64,000 bases of DNA from Eledone cirrhosa (Eukaryota). A program made the position numbers and the translations under genes. Under the pieces are notes generated by a model. The model ran no database searches. It saw nothing but the letters and a program-made list of their open reading frames with translations, and was not told where the DNA came from. Location: the NCBI GenBank assembly GCA_964016885.1, contig OZ024743.1, positions 222,952,001 through 223,016,000 of the forward strand, in the 5' to 3' direction. Below are positions 25,680 to 55,423 of this stretch, piece after piece (position 1 is the stretch's first letter; every line of letters begins with the position of its first letter).

Positions 25680-28088
25680 ATTGTTGTCCTTAAATGCTCG
25701 CAGTTTATGCAACAAGATACATCTGTTCGAATCCTACGTCAGAAGCATCGACCCTGACTTCATCACTGTCACGGAAACATGAGCACATTCCTTACTCTGT
25801 GATGGGGTTTTCAGCATTACTGGGTACAACCTTTTCCGCAAGGACCGCATTAATCGCCGTGATGGTGGTGTGATGGTCTACGTTTGTTCAAACTTTTCGG
25901 TAATTCCTTGCGTTGATTTGAACGAATCACAGGAAGAAGTTGTTGTTTTTTGTGACATACGTATGACCATGTCAACACTTCTGCTTGGTGTTGTTTATCG
26001 CCCCCCAAACTACCATCAGGACACACAGCTTTGCGATATCCTCAGAGCTGCTGCCAGGAAAACAGCCACTTATGTGTTTATTGCAGGTGACTTCAATCAT
26101 CCTGAGATCGATTGGGAAACCTTTCGTTGACCACAAAGTGCAAACGATTTCCTTGAGCTAGTGCTGGACTCAAACTGGTCACAAGTAGTCACCTCTCCTC
26201 TCCAAGAAGAGGTGACAACACTTTGGACCTGATCTTCACCACTACTCCTGAAGTGGTTGTCAGTTGTACTACTGAGGAACCTCTAGGCGACTCTGATCAT
26301 GCTATGATCATTGCCAATCTGGCTCTTGCGGGCAGCAACAATAACCAGAACCATCTCCAATCTGCTTGCTTTGATTGGAAGAAAGCGGATTGGAACTTGT
26401 ACTGCACTGAGCTACAGCGCCCAAACTGGCATGAGATGTATAACTCTGGAGATGTGAACTCTATACTCCAGAGCATCCTGGACACAATATGGATAGCGCG
26501 TGCAGCATCAGAGCCACGTAAGCAGAAAAAGAACACCCCAAAAGTGCAATTTGGGAAACTTCAGCGGTCCGACTTGCCAGGAAAGAACGTCGGAAAGCTG
26601 AACGGGAATATAAACTGCATAGATCAGATGCCAACAGAAAAAAGCGGAATAAATCTTCCAACCATCTCATGCAAGGGACAAAGAAGGCAGTGCTTGAATT
26701 TGAACAGTGCATAGCAACCAATCCTGACAGTAAGGTGTTCTGGAAATATGTTCATTCAAAGCAGAGACCTCACTCTCCAGTTGGTCCTCTTCACAATCCC
26801 CACACAAGCCAGATCACTGATGATCCCAAGGAATGCGCAGAACTCATTGCTGAGTGCTATGCAAGTCTTTTTACTATTGAAAACCAGAATGTACCATCTC
26901 CACCATCTCTAACATCAAATTCCATAACATCTATGGAATTTACACCTGCAATGTTGCGACGTCACCTTAAGAATAAGCGCAACTATGCCTCCCCTGGTCT
27001 TGATGTTACATACCTGCTTCTCAAACGTGGCGGGTACTTCCTTTTGCACCAGCTTTCTCTCTTCTCTCAATACTGTCTCAACAATGGTGCTACTCCGGAG
27101 CAGTGGAAAACTGACAGTGTCATTCCCCTGTTCAAAAAGGGCAACCGCATGTCACCTGTCAACTATCGTCCAGTCAGTCTTACTAGCTGTATTGCCAAAC
27201 TGATGGAATCCTGTGTCAGAGAAACACTTTGGAACTTCTGGAGCTCTCAAAGCCTCATCCGGCCCTCGCTGTTTGGATTTATCCCTAACTCCAGCAAGAT
27301 GTACCTTGAAATCAAAAGGACTGATCCTGAAATCTACAACTCTTTCCTACAATCAGACCAGGACACAATGCAGCAATGGATCACAGACTGGCAACTGAAG
27401 CTGGCTGTGGACAAGTGTACCACCATGCATTTTGGGAGGAAAAATCCAGCGTCCACATACTCCCCCCACAACACTAATATCAAGAAGTCCTCTTGTGAAC
27501 GTGACCTGGGCATTACTGTCAACAGCGATTTGCGTTGGACAAAGCATGTCTCTAAGATTGTCAAGAAGGCCGAGGGTGTTTGGCATCACTCAGCAAGACC
27601 TTTGTTAGCCACTCTCCAGTCATTTATTTAAAACTGTATACAACTATGGTACGACCATAGAATTCGCATCATCAGTCTGCAACCCCTATCTTGCTCAGAA
27701 CATTGACCTCCTGGAAACTGTTCAGAGACATGCAACCAAGCACATACCCTCCATCAGGGATCTACCATACTCTGAACGCCTTGCTTCCCTGGGCATGGAT
27801 TCATTGAAGCTCCGACGTCTGGCAATGGACTTGGTAAACACCCACAAAGTTATTAACCATCTCGCCAACAACAACCCTGAGCACCTTTTTGATCTCCATG
27901 TGTCTAACACACGTGGACATGCCTACAAAATCAGAAAACAGCACAGCTCCCATGACTTTCGTAAACATTTTTTCACGCTCAGAGTTGCTGAAGCATGGAA
28001 CAAACTGCCTGCGTCAGTTGTTAGCTGCCGAGACACTGCATCCTTTAAAACCCTCAAGCTTCCCGAAATACGCCAAAACTATACCTGA
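25680..28088 (+). pseudogene. LINE ORF2 (APE endonuclease plus reverse transcriptase) with stops, frameshifts and an RT-core deletion
   Basis: LNARSL, VTET*, GVVYRPP, AGDFNHPEIDW, LDLIFT, SDH; PLFKKG...NYRPVSLTS; TRGHAYK...FFTLRVAEAWNKLP. No YADD region. Confidence 0.9.
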
Positions 28089-28228
28089 TGTACCACTTCC
28101 ATACACATGCCCACGTGTATATCATGACTCATGCACTGTTCATTTTCCTGACGTTTGTACATTACCCTATGTACTATACATACACTTTTTGATGAGTTGT
28201 AGTGCACCTGAGCACTGTACACAATATT

Positions 28229-28285
<57 letters not shown>

Positions 28286-28364
28286 GAAACGGCTTGAGCT
28301 CAGCCGTCGGGGTCCTACTTGTTCCTATATATATAGTTATGTAATAAACAACATAAGATAATTA

Positions 28365-28424
28365 TTTCATTTACCAGTGGTTTCTTGAAAGCAAACAAAT
28401 CTGCTTTCAGTCATCAGAATGAAA
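28365..28424 (-). ncRNA. Type I hammerhead ribozyme
   Basis: Minus strand TTTCATT-CTGATGA-cTGAAAGCA/TGCTTTCAa-GAAA-CCACTGG-TA-AATGAAA; GUA cleavage triplet; C.A mismatch at the first pair of stem II. Confidence 0.82.
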
Positions 28425-28659
28425 AATATCCTGGTGTTTTTATTGAATGTGGATTTGAAAACAAAAATATAAGGAATATGAAAGAGAGGCTGAAGGAAGA
28501 AGAGAAAAAGATAATAAATATATAAGTATATAAACACACACACACACACGCACGCACAAACACACACACACATATATATGTTTATATGTATATATACACA
28601 TAAATATACACACACACACACACACACATATAAATACACAAACACACGCATATATATAT

Positions 28660-28702
<43 letters not shown>

Positions 28703-28873
28703 TATATATATATATATATATAAAATTATATAATTAAATATATAAAAATAAATAAACGACCATGTGCAGTCACATCACTCTGTAGAGTGCTCAACTTATC
28801 GGGCTAGAAAGTGCCAATCATATATGTAGTATAGAATATGCTCCAATCAATCCCGGTTGGAGCTGTATAAATG

Positions 28874-29081
28874 AAGTAATTCTGTCGGAAAGGTCCAGGA
28901 GAAAAGAGTGCTCTGTGTAGGTTACAGAGCTTAATAGTTATGTAATAAACAACATAAGATAATTATTTCATTTACCACGGGTATATGAAATAATTATCTT
29001 ATGTTGTTTATTACATAACTATTAAGCTCTGTAACCTACATAGAGCACTCTTTTTTCCTGGAGCTTTCCGACGGAATTACT
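28874..29081. repeat. Inverted repeat of about 208 bp (arms about 97 bp)
   Basis: AAGTAATTCTGTCGGAAAG...ATTATTTCAT / ATGAAATAAT...CTTTCCGACGGAATTACTT with few mismatches and a loop of about 13 nt. Confidence 0.9.
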
Positions 29082-29454
29082 TAATATATATATGTGTGTG
29101 TGTGTGTGTGTGCGTGCGTATGTGTGATAAAGTGTTGACTAAATGGTGTAATTAGGAACAAGCACTCGACGTCAATGCATCCTTCTAATTCCCATATGGT
29201 AGTCCACAACGGAGTATACGTTCAATAATAATAAAAATGGAAAGGCTAGATTTCTATAATTTGATGTAATACGTTATAAATTACGTAATGCTGCTATCAT
29301 GCAATCATTAACACGACTTCCTCAGACAGTATCTTAGGTAATACATTTGTTATGTAATATATTTCTAATGCAATACAGGGTATTGATAAAGAGATGGACT
29401 TGTATTCGATGCTGCTCTTCCTTTTGGAAACTGTGCACCATCCACACATTTCGC

Positions 29455-29676
29455 CATGTGGTGGATTGGCAATATCGGTAGAGATTCGGACAATGTTTTG
29501 CGGTATAGAATTACGGCCCTTTACGTTCTGAGTTAAAATCCCACCAAGGTAAACTTTGCCTTTCATCATTACAGGGTCGATAAAATAAAGTACCAGTAAC
29601 ACACTGGAGCCGATTTAATTACCCCCCCCCCCCTCCCCATAAAAAAAATTGTTGGCCCTGTATCTAAATCAGAAAG

Positions 29677-29680
<4 letters not shown>
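29455..29680 (+). mobile_element. Octopus-type tRNA SINE (further copies about 11900-12065, 46410-46595, 51130-51245, 51975-52160, 55585-55800, 56150-56350, 63780-63940)
   Basis: GGTGGATTGGCA...TTTACGTTCTGAGTT...CTTTGCCTTTCATC...GGGTCGATAAAATAAAGTACCAG. Confidence 0.8.
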
Positions 29681-29704
<24 letters not shown>

Positions 29705-29709
<5 letters not shown>

Positions 29710-29822
29710 TTGAAAAAAAAATGAAAACGAAATTTCATTTCTTACTCTTAGTATGGCACTTACTTAAATGTAAGTATGTATGTATACGTACATACATATA
29801 TGTATACAGACGTACAGTAGCA

Positions 29823-29892
<70 letters not shown>

Positions 29893-30321
29893 CAGGTACA
29901 CATACATATATGCACGCATCAGTTTAGCGGACGCTTATTATAACGCCGCTTTGTTCGTTTGTCAACAAACTGAACGGCCTGAATTTATGCCATACGGTGT
30001 TAAGGCAACCACGTCACCTTTTTCTTCAACACTGGCACAGGAACGATGTACTAGTTTCAAGCTTGTTAGCTATCATCAGCACCGTTTACCCATCTGCCAG
30101 ATAGTTGAACGTTCGAAAGTATATACTTTCCTTATGAAAATTAACGGCTGAGCAGCCTAATTTGCATATTGAGTGAGTTAAATCAGTCAGGCATACCGAA
30201 AACGATAAGTTGAAAAAAAATGAAAACGAAATTTCATTTCTCACTCTTAGTATGGCACTTACTTAAATGTAAGTATGTATGTATACGTACATACATATAT
30301 GTATACAGACGTACAGTAGCA

Positions 30322-30381
<60 letters not shown>

Positions 30382-30903
30382 CAGGTACACATACATATAT
30401 GCACGCATCAGTTTATATATATATATATATGTATGTATTTATAGAATGAAACGAAATTTCATTTCTCACTCTTAGTACGGCACTTACTTAAATGTAAGTA
30501 TGCATATATGTATACGTACATACATATATGTATACATACGTACAGTAGTATTTATATATATACATACATGCACACACATATATATATATATATGCACGTA
30601 TCGGTTTACCGAACATTTATTATAATGCTCGGTTTGTTTGTTTGTAAACAAACAAACAGCCCGAATTACGCCGTACAGTGTTTAGGCAACCACGTCACCC
30701 TTTTGTTCAACACTGACACAGGAACGATGTACTAGTTTCAAAAGGGTGACGTGGTTGCCTAAACACTGTACGGCGTAATTCGGGCATTATAATAAATGTT
30801 CGGTAAACCGATACGTGCATATATATATGTGTGCATGTATGTATATATATACATACTACTGTACGTCTGCATACATATATGTATGTACGTATACATACTT
30901 ACA
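29705..30903 (-). mobile_element. Tandem non-coding units of about 500 bp with a hammerhead and a terminal inverted copy (retrozyme-like)
   Basis: Unit starts at 29705, 30205 and about 30447; inverted repeat about 30494-30705 / 30739-30903; hammerhead at 30042-30086. Confidence 0.75.
30042..30086 (-). ncRNA. Minimal type I hammerhead ribozyme
   Basis: Minus strand AACGGTG-CTGATGA-tAGCT(aaca)AGCTt-GAAA-CTAG-TA-CATCGTT; palindromic stem III; GUA triplet. Confidence 0.85.
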
Positions 30904-32080
30904 TATGTATTTATATATTTATATATATATTAAAAATATTGTGTATATATATATATATATATATATATAATAGAAAAATAGCTATACTATATATAAAGTG
31001 CATAATATATATTATATAAATGTTACAAGGGTACATATATGTGTACCCTTGTAATAGTTTTGTTTTCGTCAATTGGCATTCCTGAATCTTATTCCATGCA
31101 TCAATGAATGCAGTTGACTATATATATTTTTGTATATATTTATTTAATATTTCTTTCTTTTGTAATATTACTCTTCGTAATATATTTCTTCGCTGCCATT
31201 TTTTTTTTCGTTTTTTTAATTATTTTTTTCTTAACAGTCAGTTAAATATAGAAGGCTTGTAGGATTTAACCTAGGTATTTAGTTGTGGTAAAAGAAGAAA
31301 GTGTGGGAAAAAGAGTGAAATGGATTGATATATACTGAAACGAAACGAACCACGATGAAGAATCGAAATTTCGACGAAAACTTTCAGGAGAAGCGCATTA
31401 CAAGAATTAGAGTGTTCTTTAATCAGCAATGTTGTCGTTCACTGTTTTATCCTTTACACAGTACTTCAATTTCTGGGGCAGTGATTCTCAGAGATCCTGT
31501 TCATATTCCCGCCTCTCATGTTTTCTGAATTTCTTCCCCATTGTGAATTGTCATCTCGTAATGTTTCCATTATACTTTTACAATGTTAATTATTAAAACA
31601 ATATATTAAAGTAAAATACTGTATTAGTTTTTTGTGAACTTTTAATTCGTGATAACCGATATGTAGTTAGGTATATCATAAAAATAAAACACACTACTAA
31701 AGGGAACAGGAAAGGAAGAAGAAAAAGAAAGGGAATGTTGGTATTTTATTTTTGATATACACTGTAAAAGGAAGAGAAAGAAAGAAGGATCAAACGTCGA
31801 AAGAAAAGGAGAGGGATGAGACAGTCACGCGACCCCAGTCAAAACGGTGCTTCAGATTGTTTACCAGATTAGATTCCTCCCTTGGGATTTGAAATTAATT
31901 CCCCCAGAGAGGTAAGGCGGCAAGGGACGATTGTTTGAGAATCAACGGGAATAAGGGGAGGTGGCGGTGGCGGTGGGCAACGTTAAAAAATAGAAATGGA
32001 TTGAAACGTAGCGAAGCGAAACGAAGACTGAAAGTTGGTTGGACAAAAAACTTGAGGAAGGGTCGCATCACTACATTAAT

Positions 32081-32190
32081 GTAGTAATCCGCCGTAGCAT
32101 TACTATATCAGTGAGTCTATTAGTGTTGTAGTAATTCGCCGTAGCATTACTATATTAGTGAGTCTATTAGTGTTGTAGTAATCCGCGGTA
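32081..32190. repeat. 47-bp tandem repeat (about 2.3 copies) in the vasa promoter
   Basis: GTAGTAATCCGCCGTAGCATTACTATATCAGTGAGTCTATTAGTGTT twice plus a partial copy; overlapped at its start by the perfect palindrome ACTACATTAATGTAGT (32070-32085). Confidence 0.9.
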
Positions 32191-32219
32191 GTGATACGGC
32201 TCTTTTATTTAGAAACTCC

Positions 32220-32275
32220 AACCTGTGACGTTTTATACAGCGTTTCCCCGGAAGAGTAACACGTGCATTTAGAAG

Positions 32276-32283
<8 letters not shown>
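32220..32283 (+). promoter_or_regulatory. Putative vasa core promoter / first exon
   Basis: Clustered TGACG, CCGGAAG (ETS-like), CACGTG (E-box) and AAGATGGC (YY1-like, overlapping the ATG), then a GTGAG donor. Confidence 0.6.
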
Positions 32284-49595
<17,312 letters not shown>

Positions 49596-49762
49596 TCTTC
49601 TTACTACTGTGATATATGGACATTCCAAACCAAAATTTTGATTATATTTTTTCATTGAAAACAAAGACTATTTTCACCTGATTGTTTACGTATTGCTCTG
49701 TTTTCAACTTTGGCAAAAACAAAAATCTTGTTGAATAGTTGTTTTTATAATTGCTTGCTTTA

Positions 49763-49768
49763 AATAAA
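49763..49768 (+). terminator. Candidate vasa polyadenylation signal
   Basis: AATAAA about 170 nt after the stop, followed by T-rich sequence. Confidence 0.55.
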
Positions 49769-49974
49769 CTTCATTTTCTAGTTAAAACTTTCTTTTTTAT
49801 TTAACTCTTTCATGACTATATTTCTAATGAAAGACTGCTTGTAAGTTTCAAATCATATAAATTGGTGTTTGAAATGTAACTTATTTTCCTAGATAAAATA
49901 AACAGGTTAGTATCATAGAACCAGGAGCTGTTTGGTATCAAAGGTTAATGAAATATTTGACATAGTTCTTTCAC

Positions 49975-50810
49975 TCTTTCAATTCTGTCTTAACAATGGT
50001 GTTACTCCAGAGCAGTGGAAAACTGCCAGTGTTGTTTTGCTGTTAAAAAAAAATTATTGCAAGTCCCGTCAGTCTTACTAGCTACATCACCAAACTGATG
50101 GAATCCTGTATCAGAAAAACACTCTGGAATTCTCACAGCCTTATCTATCCCTCACAATTTGGATTGATCCCTAACTCTAGTTACTGTGATCAACTTATTG
50201 AGTTTCTTGAATCACTGATGGTGGCTCATGGGGTGGATGTTGTTTAACTTGATTTTGGTTAAAGCTTTTTAATTGTGTCACTAAAGGCTTATGGCAAAAC
50301 TATCTCTAAATGTGTGAAAGATGATCTTTATAACTGGTTGAAGTCCTTCATTCTCAGTCAAAAAAGAGGTGGTCGTGGTTCAAGGACAGCATTCTTCACC
50401 CTATGAGATGACATCTGGTGTACCACGGATCTGTTCGTTGCATATATTAATGATATAGCTGCCAACTTAATGCCACATTGCTGAAATACACACGACGGAT
50501 CCTGTACACTAGCTCTATCCACAATGGACTGTGGATAAGTGTACAACTATGAATTTGGGGAGGAAAAACCCAGTTTCACATATTCCCACAACACTAATCT
50601 CGGTCTTGTGAATGTGACTTGGGCATTATTGTCAGCAGTGATTTGTGTTGAACAAAGCACATCTCAAAAATTGCCAAGCCCAAGGGTATCTCGGCATCAC
50701 ACAGCTGAAGAGTGGCTGATAAAGGCCTTAACTAATTAAAGCTGTAAATAGCTATGGTGCGGTCACATTTAGAATTTGTATCCCCAGTCTGGAACCCCTA
50801 CCTTGCAACT
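49975..50810 (+). mobile_element. Older degenerate fragment of the same CR1 family as 23830-28285
   Basis: Aligns with about 27065-27700 and also retains RT-core remnants (DVV...DF...KAF, SGVP, YINDI). Confidence 0.8.
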
Positions 50811-53291
50811 TCAGATGTGTACAATATATTTAGATAAGATTTACAGAATGTATGTGGATCAGAGACGTACAAAAAACAAAGTGTAAAATAATAAAGAGGT
50901 TTACAATTTATGTAATATTTGGCAGAAGTTTCTGGGATAGGGAAAATTAAAAACCAAAGACTCCCATCACTTACCATTTTGTAAAATCATGGTTTTCTGA
51001 GATTTCCACATTTGGTCTGGAGGTTAGTCATAAGTGTGCCATAAACAGTTTCATGGCCTGGCAGCAGAAGCATCTTTCATGACTCTCTCTCTCTCTATAT
51101 ATATGTGTTTAGTGGCATAGTCACAGCCCTTTATGTTCTGAGTTCAAATCCTGCTGAGGTTAACTTCGGCCTTTCATCCTTATGGGGTCGATAAAGTACC
51201 AGTAATACACTGGCATAATTGCTAGCTTTGTGCCAAAAGTAGTTATTTTGAGAACAAAACCTTATCAGTATGTGAGGCCAGTTTGAACAAAGGTGAGAAA
51301 ATTCTGGCCAGTTTAAATGCTAAAGTGTTAGAATACCACATAGATAAAAAAAATACTGGGCATTGACATTCACAAAACAGTGCAGAAGACACTACTAGAC
51401 TGGTTGGTACTTCATTTATTGACCAATGAAAGGTTAAAGTTAACCTTGATTTTGAACAATGCATAGAGCTGGAACAAATATTGTAAAGTATTTCATTTTG
51501 ATGTGCCAAAGACACACACTCACTTTCTCTTTCAATAAATCTCAAAAGCTCCCTCACCAAGCAAGGCATTACAAATACTAAGATATTGGTTTCTCCTCTA
51601 CTACAATAGCATGATCTCAACTAGCAAACTGTGCACCATTTCTGTCAAAGCTAACCTCATACATCTCAGTTCCAAGAAAGGGTTCAGCAGATTAGGGTTG
51701 CACCAATTAATTGGTATTGATAATTTGATATTGCTCTGGAGCAAGAAAACCATGGGTGACAAATTTGAAAACAGTCTGGCCTCAATATACAAGAATCGTT
51801 TCTTAAAATACATTCTAAACCTGCTAGCATGGGAATAACTTAGGAAGCCTAATTCTTTGTAGGTTAAAGAAGAGACTCTCCTTCCTACCCGAGATTTGTT
51901 TAATTGATCTTCTAAAAAGGAATTAATTAAAAAATTATAAAGAATCTGTTTACATTTAGTTAGATATTCTAGTAATAATGGTTTCTGATTTAGGCACAAG
52001 GCCAACCGTTTTAGATGAGGGGGGGGGGGGGGGGTCGATTAAATTAACCTCTGTGTGTGACTGGTACTTTATTTTATCAACCTCGTAGGGATGAAAGACA
52101 ACTAACCGTGGCACGATTTGAACTCGGAACGTAGAGGGGCGTAACTCTGCGCGAAGCATGTTCAAATGATTACTGTTAACTTACGCAATCAATTTGAAGA
52201 TCTCGTAAATTACTTTAGTTCTCCTTTCGCCAGGAATTTGAAAGACCAATGGAAACTATTTCCTTGGTCCGATCTGAAGAGTTTCACCGTTTGGCTAATG
52301 AGATCTGGGACCCTGACTCATATCAACAATATATCTCATAGTTCCTAAATTTGGCCCTTTTCTAATAAAAAGGTTAGAGGACACAGCTGTAGATGTATTG
52401 TTGATCCAATACATGTTAAGAGATACTTTATGCAGATGGGAGGTCATGCTTCCACCAATCCTTTCAATATTTTAAAATGCTCATTAAGCATACATCAAAC
52501 CACTGTTTAACAACCATTTTTCAATGGTTGCTGTGCTCTCTTGCTCATACATTCCTACAACTGGATACCCTTCCTAATGCTAACCAGTTTACAACATAGC
52601 TCTCAGTAAAGTGGTAGTGCCACTAAGTGTATTTTGTGGCACCAGCACTGCCTCTCCAAAATAAATATAATACATTCTGTACCAGTTTTGTTGGCAGTTT
52701 AGGGCTTACAACTTGGGACCTAAAATATGCTGCAGAAACCATACAAATGGTTTTGTGGAATGGTTAGTAAAACCACCTTAACCCTTTAGCATTTACATTA
52801 CTCTATATTTTCATGGTAAAGGTATAACAATATTGAATCTGAGATTTTGATATTTATGTTGAGTATAATACCTTAACATCAGTATGAGTATCAAGTTTGA
52901 ACAGAAAGAGGTGAGAGAATTCTGGCCTGATATGTGTATTCAAATAAAGCTGAAATCTGACAGTTTCCTGTTGCACCATTATCTTGCATTTATACTTGGA
53001 TAAAGAGCTACAGTTGAAGAATACATGGCCTCTTCTCTATTACCACTATAAACATTTCTTTATGCAGATTTAATAGTTCCTGTTATCAACTCACACACAA
53101 CAGGCTGCTGGAAAACAGTTTTCTTACACAACACATATATACATTACTGAAATCAATGTAAAAATGATATATTAAATAATTAAATAGATTATAAAAAAAA
53201 TCAAGTCAACAACTTAAAAAGAGAAAGAAAAAAAATTGTAGAAACAAAATAAAAATAAAATAAAAAACTGACTTGATTATCAAATGGATCG

Positions 53292-53297
53292 TTTATT
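53292..53297 (-). terminator. Candidate polyA signal of the minus-strand gene (implies a 3' UTR of about 3.4 kb)
   Basis: AATAAA on minus, followed by a long T-rich tract. Confidence 0.35.
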
Positions 53298-54594
53298 GAA
53301 TTCTCCCAGAGATCCTTAAAAAAATAAATAATCCAGAAAATCTTTCATAGAGAAGAGTTTTTTCCTTCATCTTAAAGTGGAAAATGAAAGAGGGAGTAGG
53401 GTGAAAATGTTGGGGGGACAAAAATAAAAGATATATAGCAAGGCAGTGCCCCCAGTCTCAAAGGTGGTGCACCAGCCTTTAGGGTGGTGCTCTGGCCTCA
53501 AGCAGGTCCTCAGCATGACCATAGTCTAATGACTCAAAACAGTAAAAGAATCTATAGAGAAAAGAGACTCAATATTCAGTTGAAGTGTTGCTCTGAATGA
53601 GAAATTGTGACGGCTGCCAACTTAGCTTGATAGGAGCCTATGTGCATATTTGTTTGTGCATGTATGTGAGTATGTAAGGTGAAAGGAAAGATAAGCTACT
53701 TGTGTGTGTGTGTGTGTGTGTATGTATATATGTGTGTTTTACATCAAGCTTCTCCAGTGGAACATTTACACTTGGATTAGCTTTTGAATGAGATGAGAAA
53801 TGAATTCTTTTGTCTCTGAAGGAAAAAAAAAAACTGGTGCTGGGATTGAAAGCAAATGAACTGACAAGTGGAATGAAGAAACATAGATTAAAGGAAGAAT
53901 TGAAGTGGACAAAAAAATAAAGAAAATTTAGTGCAATGAACTAATTATAATAAACACTACTAAAATGTGGAGAACTAAGACTTAGTATATAATAGTAATA
54001 ATAACAAAAATGATGTTTCTTACACATGCACAATGCCTAAAAAATTTAGGAGATATGAGCATGAGACATTCATGCCTTTTTTTAGGGGCATTAACAACCC
54101 CAGAAGTGGTTACATCTGTGAATTTAAAAAAATAAGTTGTGCTGAATTTTTCAATTTTTACCACAAATTTACTATTGTGAAGCAACACAAAAAAATCCAT
54201 TGATCAGTCAGAAAGAGTATTTTTGTATGAGAGGAATATATTACTAATAATTTACTGATCCTGTTAAATGCAGTTCCACCAGGACGATCAAATATTGTAA
54301 GGCAATTTAGTCTGGCCAGGTGCACTAACAATGTTTCACATGGGCAAAACACCACAGAATTGTAAAATAGGCAGATAACCACGAGATAATCAACTAAACT
54401 GCCTCCCAACCTCTTCCAGTATGCAACTGGGGCGTTAATCAACTAAACTATAGTAGTTAAATAAGGGGTATTTTGTTGATACCAAACCCACCTGCCACCA
54501 CAAAGGGAAGAAAGATGAAAAGCAAAGTTGACACCTGAGGCAGGATTTGAACTAAGAGAGAGAGAGAGAGAGAGAGAGAAAAAAAAAAAGGGGG

Positions 54595-54675
54595 GGGGGC
54601 TGAAACTAGATATAAGATTAGAAGGGTGACCTTTGGGGACTGAAACTAGATATAAGAAGGGAAGGGTGACCTTTG
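54595..54675. repeat. 40-bp tandem duplication
   Basis: CTGAAACTAGATATAAGA...GAAGGGTGACCTTTG twice. Confidence 0.8.
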
Positions 54676-55029
54676 TTTGGCACTAGTATCATTCTTGCCA
54701 ACACTAAGCCTCTGCCCCAACTGAAGGCAATAAAATGAAAATAAAATAAAGAAATAACAAACCTAACAACAAATGAAAATTTAAATCAAATTCTTTGCGC
54801 TGAGTAGGTGATAATTCTGTCAAGTTGTATGAGAATGTAGGGTGTGTGAAGGGGGAGTTTGTTAAATATATATCTTGATACTGATGTTGATATTTCATTT
54901 ATTGTTTTTGCTTTGTTTTGTTTTGAATAAAATAGATAAACATTTAAGAATATTTGTTAAACATTTTTATACATATTTTAAAACAAGCCAAATAAGACTA
55001 GTTTTTTTTTTAATCCCTCCTGCCTCAAA

Positions 55030-55423
55030 ACTCCCGACACCCTGCAATAATTTATCAGAAAATATCTAAAAACAAGTATATTAATTCAAATATCTATAGT
55101 ATATTTTAAAAAAAACTAATGGACAGATTATTGCGAAAATTTGTCGAAAATTAAAGTAATGACTTGAATTTTTAATGTGATGCAGTCATAGTGTTTTGTA
55201 CTTTTCAAAATGTCTTACTAATGTGGTTTCATGCCATACAAGATGTTAATAGTTAAAAAAATACAATACAGTACTACGACATCACAGGAAAAATTAAAAT
55301 CTTTACCCTAATACGTAAAATTTTTACAATAATCTGTCCACTAGCAAAGATACTATTAACATCTGAATTAACAAACCTGTTTTTAGATATTTTCTATAAC
55401 ATCATTACAGGATGTAAGGAGTG
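55030..55423. mobile_element. Old MITE with long imperfect TIRs (related pieces about 3033-3447 and 38290-38650)
   Basis: AGAAAATATCTAAAAACA...TGGACAGATTATTG versus CAATAATCTGTCCA...TGTTTTTAGATATTTTCT. Confidence 0.65.

Larger units (their letters stand above)
23830..28285 (+). mobile_element. Near-full-length CR1-type LINE, inactivated
   Basis: 5' UTR, ORF1 (PHD-like, coiled coil, RRM-like), ORF2 APE and RT, (ATT)n tail at 28231-28283; boundaries defined by the interrupted palindromic element. Confidence 0.9.

Noticed and set aside
23751-28328. DNA transposon with 43-bp perfect TIRs carrying a LINE as cargo
   Set aside because: The uninterrupted palindrome at 21095-21209 shows these are arms of a small hairpin element split by the LINE.
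29250-29330. Hammerhead on minus (CTGAGGA plus a hairpin)
   Set aside because: No GAAA after the hairpin and no stem I or III pairing.
32081-32190. CRISPR-like repeat array
   Set aside because: Contiguous tandem units without unique spacers, in a eukaryotic context with no cas genes.
51520-52490. Short ORFs between vasa and the minus-strand gene
   Set aside because: No recognisable motifs or consistent splice structure; probably decayed repeat.
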